Shown here piece by piece: positions 8,946 to 18,466 of a DNA stretch of 64,000 bases. The position numbers were made by a program, and so were the translations under genes. The stretch lies in the sequence record MK373778.1; one strand, 5' to 3'. Source of the DNA: Escherichia phage vB_EcoM_WFbE185. The notes under the pieces were generated by a model, which saw nothing but the letters and a program-made list of their open reading frames with translations, did not search any database and had not been told where the DNA came from. Position 1 is the first letter of the stretch; each line of letters opens with the position of its first letter.

Positions 8946-9623
8946 TTATCGCTGTTTTACACTTAACGGGTCAGGATTCTCAGGGACATCTTCAAGGCCA
9001 AGCGCATAACGCTGAGCATATTTTAACATCAAAATATCTTTAGCACAATCGTGAATACTATCATGGGCAACGAATCCTTTCAGCGTACCCATCGGTAATG
9101 GACACATACTTAATCCTCGTGTCAACGAGTAAGCTTCGATTGCCGTACGAATATCGCGTTGAGCCCAGAATTTAACCGGTTCTAATTTATCAGTATCAAT
9201 ATCTGGTTCAAGAACACCTTCATCACGATAGAGGTCACGAATCAAATCGACCAAGATCGGGAAGTCAAAGCTCATACCACGGCACCACATCTGTGATTTC
9301 CATTGGTCAACTTTATTAGCTCGACAATAATCTAAAAAGATTTTAATGCCTTCAAGCGTAGTGACATCGTCTTCAGACGGAGCCAAGTTTTTACGCGCTT
9401 CAGCCGATTGTTCTTTCCACCATTTCATAGTGGATTTAGCGAAAACTCGCTTCCCTTTCTGAGAAGCTAAATTAAATTTAATTCGCTTACCTCGTTGAAC
9501 AAGTTCTTCAAATGATTCAACAACTTCAGGGTCGGAATTATATGCAATAACCGCAAGGTCAATAACAGCCGCTTTTGATGTATTGCCGAATGTTTCAAAA
9601 TCTATAATAACATCAGTGCTCAT
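8946..9623 (-). CDS. dexA: exonuclease A (DEDDh 3'-5' exonuclease)
   Basis: 225 aa; VIIDFETFG motif; size and position match T4 DexA next to dda. Confidence 0.8.
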   Translation of the reverse strand: MSTDVIIDFETFGNTSKAAVIDLAVIAYNSDPEVVESFEELVQRGKRIKFNLASQKGKRVFAKSTMKWWKEQSAEARKNLAPSEDDVTTLEGIKIFLDYCRANKVDQWKSQMWCRGMSFDFPILVDLIRDLYRDEGVLEPDIDTDKLEPVKFWAQRDIRTAIEAYSLTRGLSMCPLPMGTLKGFVAHDSIHDCAKDILMLKYAQRYALGLEDVPENPDPLSVKQR

Positions 9624-9632
9624 AATTTTCTC

Positions 9633-10946
9633 TCAAATAAAATGGACGTCAAACCGGCCACGAGTTGTGCCGACATACAATAACTGTTTAGCTAATTCTG
9701 AATCGGCATAATGGATACACGGTGTATAAACAAAGGCCGTGTCAACAGACATACCCTGGGCCTTATGGAAGGTTGATACTGGTAGTGCCTTCACCTTAGT
9801 GAACATACGTTTAGCATCCCAGAATTCGCTCCATGGAGCTTTACCACCTTTATTCCAGAATTTGTATGTTTCTGCGGTCTTAGCCAAAAACAAATTGAAT
9901 TTATAAAGCTCTTCTTCAGAAGAAATAACCTTTATATCTTCTCGGATATATTCTTCATCATCCCCATATGTTTCTACTGTAAGATTCCAGTATCGTATCA
10001 TATATTCGCCTGAAACGCCACGTGCTTTAACGAATGTAGACGTTTCTACAGCATCTCGAATACGAACGAATTGCCCGTTATTGAAAAGCATTTCAGTCAT
10101 ATTTTTGCCATCTAGCTTGTACGTCTTAGTAAACGGCTCTTGTAGAACAATGACTTCGTCTTTAATAAATGGTTTTTCTGTTTCAAGAAGTTTTCGGCGA
10201 ATAATTGAATTTAACTTGTCCACCGACTTATTTGTGAATGCCATCATTCGATTTTCGAAAAGGTCTTCAGGAGTTTTAACGACGTTAAAATAGTTCATCA
10301 TATACGATTTAAGGTCTGTATATCCATGAACACCGTGCCCATCAACTACTTTATCGTAAATCCATTTGCCATTACGAATATCAGTCGCAACATCAATAAT
10401 TGGTGCATTGCTACGTTTAACTTCTGTAAGGTTGCATTGCACGAAGTCTTTGTGAGTGAAGAAAGGACTTAGATACGCAGCTGATTCGCCTGGGTCTACC
10501 GGACGAATCTGGCATCGGTCACCAATTCCAATTACTGTGCACCATTTAGGGATACTAGCTAACATTATTTTAAACAGAGAACGGTCACACATTGACGCTT
10601 CATCAAATAACAGTACACGACACAAGGCTAAGTCGGGAACCTTTTTCTGTTCAAACAATACGTTTTCTTCGTATGTAGTTGGGTTGATTTTAAGAATGCT
10701 ATGAATAGTCGATGCTTCTTGACCGGCAAGTTTGCTTAGAACCTTTTTAGCAGCATGTGTAGGGGCTGCTAAAATAATACCTGATTCTCCGGCAGAAATA
10801 AGAGCTTCAACGATGAATCTAGTAAGGGTTGTTTTACCTGTACCAGCGGGCCCATTAATAGTTACGTGATGTTTCTTTTCTTTAATAGCGTTCATAACAA
10901 CGTTGAAGGCGTTTTTCTGACCTTCAGTCAAATCATCAAATGTCAT
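9633..10946 (-). CDS. dda: Dda DNA helicase (SF1)
   Basis: 437 aa; Walker A INGPAGTGKTT; size and context match T4 Dda. Confidence 0.85.
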   Translation of the reverse strand: MTFDDLTEGQKNAFNVVMNAIKEKKHHVTINGPAGTGKTTLTRFIVEALISAGESGIILAAPTHAAKKVLSKLAGQEASTIHSILKINPTTYEENVLFEQKKVPDLALCRVLLFDEASMCDRSLFKIMLASIPKWCTVIGIGDRCQIRPVDPGESAAYLSPFFTHKDFVQCNLTEVKRSNAPIIDVATDIRNGKWIYDKVVDGHGVHGYTDLKSYMMNYFNVVKTPEDLFENRMMAFTNKSVDKLNSIIRRKLLETEKPFIKDEVIVLQEPFTKTYKLDGKNMTEMLFNNGQFVRIRDAVETSTFVKARGVSGEYMIRYWNLTVETYGDDEEYIREDIKVISSEEELYKFNLFLAKTAETYKFWNKGGKAPWSEFWDAKRMFTKVKALPVSTFHKAQGMSVDTAFVYTPCIHYADSELAKQLLYVGTTRGRFDVHFI

Positions 10947-11254
10947 CGTAAAGTCCCTGCAATTGGAATACTAACAATACGGCCTGTGTCCAGAATTCGT
11001 TGATACAATCTTTGCGTCTCCGCATCTAGTTTAACGTGTTTCATTTCAAGCTTATTAAACCAAAACTTACGCGGAGTTTCGACCATTCTTAGAACTCCCA
11101 TTTTTAAATCTGTTTTATACTGTGTTTTCAAAGTATCGAAAACTTTATCTGCAATATCCTTTCTAAAAAATACTGCAGGACGATGCTCATCAAGTGGAAC
11201 CGGGACAGTAAATCCTTCCATATCTCGATAAACTATTGCATATACATAAACCAT
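10943..11254 (-). CDS. hypothetical protein (dda.1 position)
   Basis: 103-aa ORF overlapping dda start by 4 nt. Confidence 0.45.
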   Translation of the reverse strand: MVYVYAIVYRDMEGFTVPVPLDEHRPAVFFRKDIADKVFDTLKTQYKTDLKMGVLRMVETPRKFWFNKLEMKHVKLDAETQRLYQRILDTGRIVSIPIAGTLR

Positions 11255-11256
11255 AA

Positions 11257-12003
11257 TTAACCTTTAATCAGTTGGAATAATGATGCGCTAAGTGGTAAGC
11301 CACGTTTCAATTTTAATTTACCAATGAAACCAATCTTTTCAAAACGTTGCAGACCTTGGATAACTTTATCATATGTATCGAAAAGCGATTCAGCGTCAGT
11401 TAATTTAGTTTTAGTTTTCCAGTCAGAGCCTTTAAGAAGAACGTTGAGTTTAGTAAGTTCATGGCCTTCTGCTTGATGTGAGCCATTAATGCGTGCTTTC
11501 AAAGCAACAATTCTAAGTTTAGATTCGTTAGATAAAGGTTGATTTTTCATCATGTTCGCCATATGCTTAACACGATTTTCACGTTTTGCTCGTATTTTTA
11601 AAATAGTATCATAAACCTTTTTAATTTGGGCCCATTTCTTCTCGTCGAGATTAAGTTTCTCTACTTTACGGGCAGAAGGATTAGCAATACGTCTTGCAAC
11701 AGCGTCACGTTTCTCAATAAGTTCTTCTAATGTTAAATCAGAACGAGCCGTGTTATATTTTTTCTTAACTGGGATAACATTACCTTTAATGTAGCCGATA
11801 TCGTTATTAAAACGTTCTAAGGATAATTTCTCACCTTCAACAGAGTTATTGAAAGATTCGCCTGAGTAAGCGCAGACCTTTTGATCAAGAATGTTTTTAA
11901 GGTAATTAAAGTCTAAGTTAAAATCCTTAGAGCGTCTCTTCGCAGAAGCTCTGGTGTGGTCAAGACGACGATTGATTTTGTTAATTTTATTATTTGATAA
12001 CAT
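11257..12003 (-). CDS. basic hypothetical protein (248 aa), positional counterpart of T4 srd
   Basis: Size and position only; contains SLERFNNDIGYIKGNVIPV, which loosely resembles an HNH-like motif. Confidence 0.4.
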   Translation of the reverse strand: MLSNNKINKINRRLDHTRASAKRRSKDFNLDFNYLKNILDQKVCAYSGESFNNSVEGEKLSLERFNNDIGYIKGNVIPVKKKYNTARSDLTLEELIEKRDAVARRIANPSARKVEKLNLDEKKWAQIKKVYDTILKIRAKRENRVKHMANMMKNQPLSNESKLRIVALKARINGSHQAEGHELTKLNVLLKGSDWKTKTKLTDAESLFDTYDKVIQGLQRFEKIGFIGKLKLKRGLPLSASLFQLIKG

Positions 12004-12053
12004 AATATTTTCCTCTGTCTTACGGACGTTAAGGTCATTTAGCTGATAAGTCT

Positions 12054-12082
12054 ATAATATCATGCCCTCAGGTAGTGTACAC
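12054..12082 (-). promoter_or_regulatory. early-type promoter (-35 GTGTAC, -10 TATTAT)
   Basis: Same consensus family; upstream of the 248-aa gene with SD GAGGAAA. Confidence 0.5.
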
Positions 12083-12097
12083 TCTTTTTTCGTAAAA

Positions 12098-12123
12098 TGC
12101 TTTAATTTTTTATGTGTTATAAT
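12098..12123 (+). promoter_or_regulatory. plus-strand middle-promoter-like element (MotA box TGCTTTA, 13 bp, TGt-TATAAT)
   Basis: aaaTGCTTTAattttttatgTGtTATAAT read on the plus strand, pointing antisense into the ADP-ribosyltransferase gene. Confidence 0.4.
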
Positions 12124-12156
12124 GGTTCTGAGTTCCATCCGGTTATTCCAATTCAG

Positions 12157-12765
12157 TCAGTAACTGACAATAGACAGATTCCAGATTGTATAACGTCCAT
12201 CTTGAATAATAGAATCTACACGCAGTGTAGTCCCTATAGGGAGCATAAATTCACATTCGTCGGATATAAGTCTAGCATTAGACCGTCTTGTCGCTTCAGG
12301 GAAAGCTCCATTGAACTCACAAGATGGCGCAGCCAGAATCATGTTAAGCATATGTTCACGGAAGTTGAAAGCAAATGGTGCATCTTTGATGCAGAACATA
12401 TTAAATGTTCCGTAAAAATTATACGAAGCAAAGTTACGTGCTACACCGAACACTGGGCTGAAGCTCATTACTCTGTCAAATTTAATAATACTACCAATGC
12501 CTTTATCATCGAGTGCGGCCATAGTTTTCTTAGAGATTCCACGATACATTGTCTCAGGAACAGAAGACGTCCAATTTCTACGAACGATTGAACTTAACTC
12601 CTGTTGAATACAGTCTGGCTTGTTTTCCATACACTGCCACAGTACACTTTGTTCAATGTCACTGAATTGACTATCAATTTCATACTGCAATTCATCTTGA
12701 TATTCAGGGTTTTGAGCACGACGAACCATTTCTTCAATTTCACACTCGTTATACGGCATAAACAT
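12157..12765 (-). CDS. ADP-ribosyltransferase, ModA/ModB family
   Basis: R-S-ExE triad: YRGIS, SFSPV, ECEFMLP; 202 aa, comparable to T4 ModA/ModB. Confidence 0.7.
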   Translation of the reverse strand: MFMPYNECEIEEMVRRAQNPEYQDELQYEIDSQFSDIEQSVLWQCMENKPDCIQQELSSIVRRNWTSSVPETMYRGISKKTMAALDDKGIGSIIKFDRVMSFSPVFGVARNFASYNFYGTFNMFCIKDAPFAFNFREHMLNMILAAPSCEFNGAFPEATRRSNARLISDECEFMLPIGTTLRVDSIIQDGRYTIWNLSIVSY

Positions 12766-12793
12766 TTAGGTTTCTCCTGTGGTTGATAGGTCT

Positions 12794-12822
12794 ATAGTAT
12801 CATCATCGGAAGAGTTTGTACA
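12794..12822 (-). promoter_or_regulatory. early-type promoter (-35 TGTACA, -10 TACTAT)
   Basis: GATAGGTCTATAGTATCAT consensus block between the two mod-like genes. Confidence 0.5.
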
Positions 12823-13404
12823 CTAAAAATTCAACATTTTCAAATGAATGATTTTGTATAATCGAGATAAAGGGTCATATTCTAAGTCTTCAATTTCCAC
12901 AATCTCAAATCTAGAGATACTTGAGACCATGTACTCTTGTTCAGATTCAATCATATCTAAGACGTCAACACGCGTTTCTTCCATAACATGTTTAGGGTTC
13001 TTTCCGGCGAGTACAATGTTAACCATGTTTTGGTAGTAATCAAAAATGAATGGAGCATTCCTGAGACTAAGAATAGTGTACGTCTGATATTCCCATCTCC
13101 CGGAGAATTGACGAGCCGTACCGAAATCAGTTGTGAACGATGTTACTCGTCCAGGAGACCAATGGCATCCAACAGAAAGAAGGGAAAGACGTTCTACTTC
13201 TTCTGGAGTTACACCACGGTAGAGTTCTACTGGTACTGTAGAAGTCATATGCTTACGAACAAGATGGTCTAATTCATAGTGGAAATCTGGGTCTTCCTTA
13301 GAATCGGTGCAAGCCCAGAGAATGTTTTGTTCTTGGCGGGTGAATTTGCTATCAATCAGATTTGTTAGGTATTCACGTTCTTGAAGTTCAGATTGACATG
13401 TCAT
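12823..13404 (-). CDS. ADP-ribosyltransferase, ModA/ModB family (second copy)
   Basis: YRGVT, TSFTT, EQEYMVS motifs; 193 aa. Confidence 0.7.
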   Translation of the reverse strand: MTCQSELQEREYLTNLIDSKFTRQEQNILWACTDSKEDPDFHYELDHLVRKHMTSTVPVELYRGVTPEEVERLSLLSVGCHWSPGRVTSFTTDFGTARQFSGRWEYQTYTILSLRNAPFIFDYYQNMVNIVLAGKNPKHVMEETRVDVLDMIESEQEYMVSSISRFEIVEIEDLEYDPLSRLYKIIHLKMLNF

Positions 13405-13431
13405 GATAGACCTCCATTTAAAGATAAGCCT

Positions 13432-13460
13432 ATCATAACACGAGAGGAGGGAATGTAAAC
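13432..13460 (-). promoter_or_regulatory. early-type promoter (-35 GTTTAC, 17 bp, TGt-TATGAT)
   Basis: GTTTAC-N17-TATGAT directly upstream of the second mod-like gene. Confidence 0.5.
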
Positions 13461-13620
13461 TACTTTTTAAGCTTTCCTACTAAAGGTCCATCAGGTCCAG
13501 GTTGTTCTAACATGAATAAGGATGCTTTAAAAAGCAATGTCATCCCTTTCACCATTCGATACCATGTCTCAAAGTCTTTTTCCTTGATTTCTAGTAAGAA
13601 TTTCTCTTTAAATTTCTCTT

Positions 13621-13809
13621 TCATTTCCAAGGACTCCATGGTGGAGGGTCGTCATAATAGGACGCAAGGTCTTTCAGGGCTTCAACAGGTAAACTAAAGC
13701 CGTGTCGTTGTATAATACTATCTAGTTCATCAACAAGTTCACTACGATGCACTTTAGGAGCCTCAACTTCAGGCTCGTCAAACATACTCATAAGGTCCAT
13801 ATTACTCAC
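13621..13809 (-). CDS. hypothetical acidic protein (62 aa)
   Basis: ORF in operon context. Confidence 0.4.
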   Translation of the reverse strand: MSNMDLMSMFDEPEVEAPKVHRSELVDELDSIIQRHGFSLPVEALKDLASYYDDPPPWSPWK

Positions 13810-14266
13810 CTAAATAAAAACTAGGCTGCTCGGAGAATGTTTCTAGCGCTACACCTTTTGTCTTAAAAAATTTCCAAATGGCTCGTTGCAAATGGATTAA
13901 ATCCGCTAATGATGTAATAAAGTATTTTTTGGCAAAATACTTATGGTCTCGCTTTTCAAACAAGTCTAAACGCTTTTCAGGATTCACATAAACGGCATTT
14001 TCCGTAGATTCATAACCTAAGTCCTTTATGCCTTCTTCAAGACTAAACGGAGAATTTTTAGAACGAGTAATAGCTCCAACTCGCTCTACACGAATTTTGT
14101 AACCTTTAGGAATCTGCAATTTGCAGAATTCTTCTACGATATATTGCGGATTATTTAGACTTTTGTTAATGAGAATAGCTATTTCTAGTGGAGTCTTATC
14201 TTCCACTGGTATATGTTTAAACGACTTGGCTTCAAGCAAGTACATTTTAAATAACATAGCATCCAT
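13802..14266 (-). CDS. hypothetical protein (154 aa)
   Basis: ORF; no recognised motif. Confidence 0.5.
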   Translation of the reverse strand: MDAMLFKMYLLEAKSFKHIPVEDKTPLEIAILINKSLNNPQYIVEEFCKLQIPKGYKIRVERVGAITRSKNSPFSLEEGIKDLGYESTENAVYVNPEKRLDLFEKRDHKYFAKKYFITSLADLIHLQRAIWKFFKTKGVALETFSEQPSFYLGE

Positions 14267-14445
14267 TATAATTTCCTCGATGGTTCACCCATATAAAGTT
14301 TTACAATACGTTCGCCTTCATCTTCGACGAGCTTCTCTTCATGTTTCTGGAATTCTTTAGCCATATTCTCTTCAAGAACATCTAACCAATCTTCTGGTCC
14401 GACTCCATCATTCCAGCTTTTAAACCATTTAACTATCTTGTTCAT
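14266..14445 (-). CDS. hypothetical small protein (start moved to Met10)
   Basis: Moved start removes overlap with the upstream ORF. Confidence 0.35.
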   Translation of the reverse strand: MNKIVKWFKSWNDGVGPEDWLDVLEENMAKEFQKHEEKLVEDEGERIVKLYMGEPSRKL

Positions 14446-14633
14446 TCGCAGCTCCCTGAGCTTGAACCACAATCGGAATAACTTGACCCAGAATCACCAG
14501 GCCAAGACGATACGTATGAATGATTATAACTTGAAGAGTTTGAAGCAGACTTAGGACGAACAACTTCTTCCATCATTCCGTCACCGATATATTCCCAACT
14601 TTTTTCGTGTGTATCAGGAATAGGCATCATACC
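14442..14633 (-). CDS. hypothetical Ser-rich small protein (start moved to internal Met)
   Basis: Internal ATG preceded by GAAGG; the longer track ORF overlaps the upstream gene. Confidence 0.35.
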   Translation of the reverse strand, partial: GMMPIPDTHEKSWEYIGDGMMEEVVRPKSASNSSSYNHSYVSSWPGDSGSSYSDCGSSSGSCE

Positions 14634-14643
14634 TTCGCCTGGC

Positions 14644-14871
14644 TTAACAGCAAACAACTTCTTCAGTATCGTAAGCATTAATTGTTCCTCGAACAAAACG
14701 AACACCACCATCGTCCCAACGGATTTCGGCATTAAATTTGACGTCTTCACCATCCATCATGAATGAGTGTACGACTACATCATCGTAATATCCAAGACCG
14801 TATTTCAACGAAACTTCTTGAGCAATCAAAGCACCTAATGTGTTATTAGGTTTAATCCAACGATTTAACAT
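14644..14871 (-). CDS. hypothetical protein (75 aa, start moved)
   Basis: ATG at 14871 with GAGGAG SD, downstream of promoter 14900-14929; the track start lies inside the soc terminator. Confidence 0.45.
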   Translation of the reverse strand: MLNRWIKPNNTLGALIAQEVSLKYGLGYYDDVVVHSFMMDGEDVKFNAEIRWDDGGVRFVRGTINAYDTEEVVCC

Positions 14872-14899
14872 ATTGTTCTCCTCTTGAGTAAGTAGGAAT

Positions 14900-14929
14900 A
14901 TCTTAACACAGTTTTTAGTGGTTGTAAAC
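14900..14929 (-). promoter_or_regulatory. early-type promoter (-35 GTTTAC, 18 bp, TGt-TAAGAT)
   Basis: GTTTAC...TGTGTTAAGAT, immediately after the soc terminator. Confidence 0.5.
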
Positions 14930-14935
14930 TGTAGA

Positions 14936-14964
14936 AACAAAAAAAGGAATCCCGAAGGATTCCT
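14936..14964 (-). terminator. intrinsic terminator after soc (AGGAAUCC-UUCG-GGAUUCCU + U7)
   Basis: Perfect 8-bp stem with UUCG loop followed by UUUUUUUGUUU on minus-strand RNA. Confidence 0.7.
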
Positions 14965-14972
14965 TAAATTAT

Positions 14973-15209
14973 TTAACCACTTACCGGTGTAGGGGTAAAC
15001 ATTGCAGCGTTCTTAGTTTTCCAAGTTGCTGCATCAGAAACGACATCAGAATAAGCTGCCTTTTCTGATGGAAAGATTTGGTAATGAGAATCTGCAATCC
15101 GATGTTCGTTTGAATAAATCTCAAACGGTACAGAAACTTCCATACCTTTAACTTCTTTGCCTTCACCAGCCGGATGTGTAAAGGTTTTGATATTAACGTA
15201 ACCACCCAT
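14973..15209 (-). CDS. soc: small outer capsid protein Soc
   Basis: 78 aa; YVNIKTF...HYQ.FPSEKAAYS matches T4 Soc; late promoter upstream and terminator downstream. Confidence 0.8.
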   Translation of the reverse strand: MGGYVNIKTFTHPAGEGKEVKGMEVSVPFEIYSNEHRIADSHYQIFPSEKAAYSDVVSDAATWKTKNAAMFTPTPVSG

Positions 15210-15240
15210 AATTAACTCCTTTGTTGTTTAATTACAGGTG

Positions 15241-15248
15241 TATTTATA
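15241..15248 (-). promoter_or_regulatory. late promoter box TATAAATA for soc
   Basis: Exact TATAAATA on minus strand about 30 nt upstream of soc ATG, followed by AAGGAG SD. Confidence 0.65.
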
Positions 15249-15254
15249 ACTTAA

Positions 15255-15791
15255 TCAGTAACCATTATCCTGGCGTTCAAAGTTGTGTTGGTTTTTCAAG
15301 TAGTAAAGTTTAAAGATTTCTTCAGCGGAAAGACCCAGACCTTGGAACATGTTCAGAACGAAATGGAGAATATCAATCATTTCAAACTTAATTTCCAGTT
15401 GGTCTTCAGGAGACAGTTCATCGATACGACGATTTCGATATTCAGCATGTTGTGCTTTCCATGGCTTCCATACAGAGCTAGCGGCTTTCTCGCCATTGCT
15501 CATACCGCCAAGTGAAGTCAGCAGTTCACGGAATTCATCATCAATATAATCTTTCTGATTACGCAGCCAATCAACAACATCACCAGCAGTAGCCAATTCA
15601 TCAGGATGTTTGTTATGTTCAGGCTTGTCATTTGCCAGACGAACCTGTAAAGATTTCTGCATATCAAGCATTACCTGCAGTGGGTCTTTATCTTCGTGAA
15701 TCAGAGCATTAAAATAAGCTTCTTCTGCTTTATCAACACCAGAAATAAGTTGTGAACATTCGTTAAAGTGCGCCATTATTTTTCCTTTCAA
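15255..15791 (-). CDS. 56: dCTPase-dUTPase (gp56-like nucleotide pyrophosphohydrolase)
   Basis: 178 aa; position between soc and primase as in T4; assignment by position and size. Confidence 0.6.
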   Translation of the reverse strand: MKGKIMAHFNECSQLISGVDKAEEAYFNALIHEDKDPLQVMLDMQKSLQVRLANDKPEHNKHPDELATAGDVVDWLRNQKDYIDDEFRELLTSLGGMSNGEKAASSVWKPWKAQHAEYRNRRIDELSPEDQLEIKFEMIDILHFVLNMFQGLGLSAEEIFKLYYLKNQHNFERQDNGY

Positions 15792-15864
15792 TTCAGTATA
15801 AGAGAGTTAATTCTAACATTAATTTTATAAAGCGTAATAAATAATAGGTAACTAAGGAGATATT

Positions 15865-16062
15865 ATGTTTAAACTTCCATCGTTAATCAACGCTATTAAA
15901 GGCAATAAAAAGAAAACTGCTATCGCTGCAATAGTTGTAGGTGGCATTATTTCATGGAACTTCGGGATTGCGCCATTGTTAGTTGCCCATGGTATTATAG
16001 TTCCTTCTGTTCCATTGGATACTGTAGTTGATTTGGCCTTTGCTATTATAGGGCTTGTTTAA
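15865..16062 (+). CDS. small hydrophobic membrane protein (65 aa) on plus strand
   Basis: Strong SD AAGGAG 7 nt before ATG; lies in the gap between 56 and 61, convergent with primase. Confidence 0.5.
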   Translation: MFKLPSLINAIKGNKKKTAIAAIVVGGIISWNFGIAPLLVAHGIIVPSVPLDTVVDLAFAIIGLV

Positions 16063-17081
16063 ATCTTCGAATAACGAGATAATCTCATTTTAGCATGCAA
16101 CCCACTTGAAATATTCTGTTTCATATATTCTAAAATTTCTTGTGGTGTTGCATTTTCTTTCATTACCATATCATTCACATCCTTTGATCTCCATGGAGCT
16201 CGGTCCCAGAACATGACACGTTCGCCTGCATCAACTAATCGCTTCATGCGAGCTATAGTATCCGGATGCCTAGGTTCATTATCCATTACCCATACCCGAC
16301 GTTCTTTAAATGGTACCACATCTAAATCTATTGAGCCGCCTGTAATAGCGATTGCATTGGGTATGAATAAACTATCAATAGGACCTTCCATTACCCAGAC
16401 GTCTCCTTCCTTAACACGTTCAACACCATAAATTTTTGTTGCAGACTCAAACGCTTTAATAGTGATATATTTCTGAGGAGCATCTTTACGAAGTGCACGT
16501 CCTTGGAATGACTCGGCCTTCCCATCTTTATTAAAAATAGGAATCACTAAACGTGGTTCGGGAATCTCTTTCTTATACGTACCAGGTTGAATCTTGTTGA
16601 CCAATTTAGGCCATTCTAATGTGAACCATAATCTGTTCCATGATTCTTTAGGAATACACCGAGACTTAACATATTTCACAATAGGATGCTCTTCAGGCAA
16701 CTTGTCCAGACGAGAACAAGACGGCAAAGAATTTATAGTCTTTTTCTCTGGCTCCGGCTTAGCTTCAGGAACCTTTTCAATCTTTGGTTCCATTCTAGCT
16801 TTTTCTTTACGAACTTCCATTAGATATTCGCGATAAAGCTCTTCATCATACTCTTTTAAGTATCCGGAAATTGTATTGTGGTATTGACAATTATAGCAAT
16901 GTACATTACCAGGAGTACCACCGTAATACCATCCGCGGGCTTTCATTGCATCTGTCTGGGAGTCGCCACAAACTGGACATCGAAATGTTAATTTAAATGT
17001 GCTTGAATTATTGATTTGTCTAAAACGAGGGAGGTGAGAAAACGCACGATAAGCAAATTCATTATCTATCCATTCAGCCAT
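16059..17081 (-). CDS. 61: DNA primase gp61
   Basis: 340 aa; N-terminal zinc ribbon CPVCGDS...CYNC; context next to helicase gene cluster. Confidence 0.85.
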   Translation of the reverse strand: MAEWIDNEFAYRAFSHLPRFRQINNSSTFKLTFRCPVCGDSQTDAMKARGWYYGGTPGNVHCYNCQYHNTISGYLKEYDEELYREYLMEVRKEKARMEPKIEKVPEAKPEPEKKTINSLPSCSRLDKLPEEHPIVKYVKSRCIPKESWNRLWFTLEWPKLVNKIQPGTYKKEIPEPRLVIPIFNKDGKAESFQGRALRKDAPQKYITIKAFESATKIYGVERVKEGDVWVMEGPIDSLFIPNAIAITGGSIDLDVVPFKERRVWVMDNEPRHPDTIARMKRLVDAGERVMFWDRAPWRSKDVNDMVMKENATPQEILEYMKQNISSGLHAKMRLSRYSKI

Positions 17082-17120
17082 AGTATTCTCCAGAGGCCTT
17101 AAATTAATAAGGCCATCATA

Positions 17121-17615
17121 TCACAACTTATTAATATTTACTTTAATTCGCTTTCTTTTCTTGGAAGGAATTTGTTCTGGACCTTTATTTACGACTGCAC
17201 CTGTAGTTGTTCCTGATGCAATAGCTTGAGGACTGCCGCCTGAATCACCAGCAACCATATCCTCAAATAAAGGGAGTTCTTTAAATATTTCTTTCTGTTG
17301 TTCTTCCGTAATGTTATAGCGTGAAGCTACAGCACTCCAAGCAGACATCATTGAGGCCATTCCATTAAGACCTGGAACAGTGCTCATCATTCGCTTCATT
17401 GAACGAACTGAAGCATGAAAAGGTGTATACGCCGCTTTTTCTTCGGGAGTAGAAGGACGTTTAAGAACACTTCCACGTTCATCGATGATTTTGGCTTCGT
17501 ATGCTTTCCATTCGGTAAAAGGTTTTTGCATTAGTCGAATAAACTTATATGCGTAAACAGAATCTATTGCAGTGTTAATAATACCCATAGGTACCTCCTG
17601 AGTATATTTAATCAA
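17121..17615 (-). CDS. hypothetical protein (164 aa, 61.1 position)
   Basis: ORF; C-terminal basic tail. Confidence 0.5.
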   Translation of the reverse strand: MIKYTQEVPMGIINTAIDSVYAYKFIRLMQKPFTEWKAYEAKIIDERGSVLKRPSTPEEKAAYTPFHASVRSMKRMMSTVPGLNGMASMMSAWSAVASRYNITEEQQKEIFKELPLFEDMVAGDSGGSPQAIASGTTTGAVVNKGPEQIPSKKRKRIKVNINKL

Positions 17616-17805
17616 TTACAAAGATTGCTTTGTCACCATTTATATCTGTGACTTCATATGTAGTGCCTTCATACTGTGGAATATTCCAAATTACACCGTC
17701 ATTAGCTTTTACGCTAATATGGCATTGGTGTTTTGAAACAACTTCATAATCTTCAAAACTTGTAAAAACACTAATTTTAGAACCAGTGCAAATTGCAGTA
17801 GTCAT
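17608..17805 (-). CDS. hypothetical small protein (65 aa)
   Basis: ORF in operon context. Confidence 0.4.
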   Translation of the reverse strand: MTTAICTGSKISVFTSFEDYEVVSKHQCHISVKANDGVIWNIPQYEGTTYEVTDINGDKAIFVID

Positions 17806-17806
17806 T

Positions 17807-18466
17807 TTAACCTCGATTCATAAATGCATTAAATATTTGGTCATCAACAGAAATTTCTAATTCGACTTCAATTGCTTCAGCCTTTTCTTCAGGTGGTAAT
17901 TCGTATCCACACACTACAATTTTTTCATCGATATCAAAATATACAGAAGCAATACGATTAATGTTATTTTCAGTTAAGTCTAAATCAACATCAACATCTT
18001 TTTGGCCTACACTTAGAGGATAACTAATACGGGTTATTTTATTATCTTTAACAAAGAGTCCACCAACATACTCTGTACTACGTTTGAAGTTTACACGTTT
18101 CCGAATTGAAAGATATGATGCATCTTTACCGTGAGCTCGGCTCATAGGACATAATGAATAGCTAGAATAAGAGATGTCAAATCCTACACCTTCAATATGA
18201 GCCAACGTGTCATGATTAAACCAATTATAATCATATGCCAAATCCATTATATTGTAATATGTGAAAGGCACAGGATTAACATCATATGTTGTACCTTTAA
18301 AATCTGCCCAGGCAACGATTTCGTTATCTTTAACAATTACAAAAATTACACCAATATGGTATCCGTTATTATTTTCATTCGGCGTTATATTATAACATTG
18401 TGCATTAGGAAATTTACCATATTTAAATGGCGCATTTTTGTGCATATAATAAATCATATTATTCAC
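17807..18466 (-). CDS. hypothetical protein (219 aa)
   Basis: ORF; no recognised motif. Confidence 0.5.
   Translation of the reverse strand: MNNMIYYMHKNAPFKYGKFPNAQCYNITPNENNNGYHIGVIFVIVKDNEIVAWADFKGTTYDVNPVPFTYYNIMDLAYDYNWFNHDTLAHIEGVGFDISYSSYSLCPMSRAHGKDASYLSIRKRVNFKRSTEYVGGLFVKDNKITRISYPLSVGQKDVDVDLDLTENNINRIASVYFDIDEKIVVCGYELPPEEKAEAIEVELEISVDDQIFNAFMNRG

Noticed and set aside
13521-13540. Palindrome TGCTTT-AA-AAAGCA resembling a MotA box
   Set aside because: No suitably spaced -10 hexamer on either strand, so not called a middle promoter
17088-17112. Stem-loop GGCCTTA-AATTAA-TAAGGCC just upstream of the primase start
   Set aside because: No U-tract on either side, so not called a terminator; possibly an RNA structure but function not inferable
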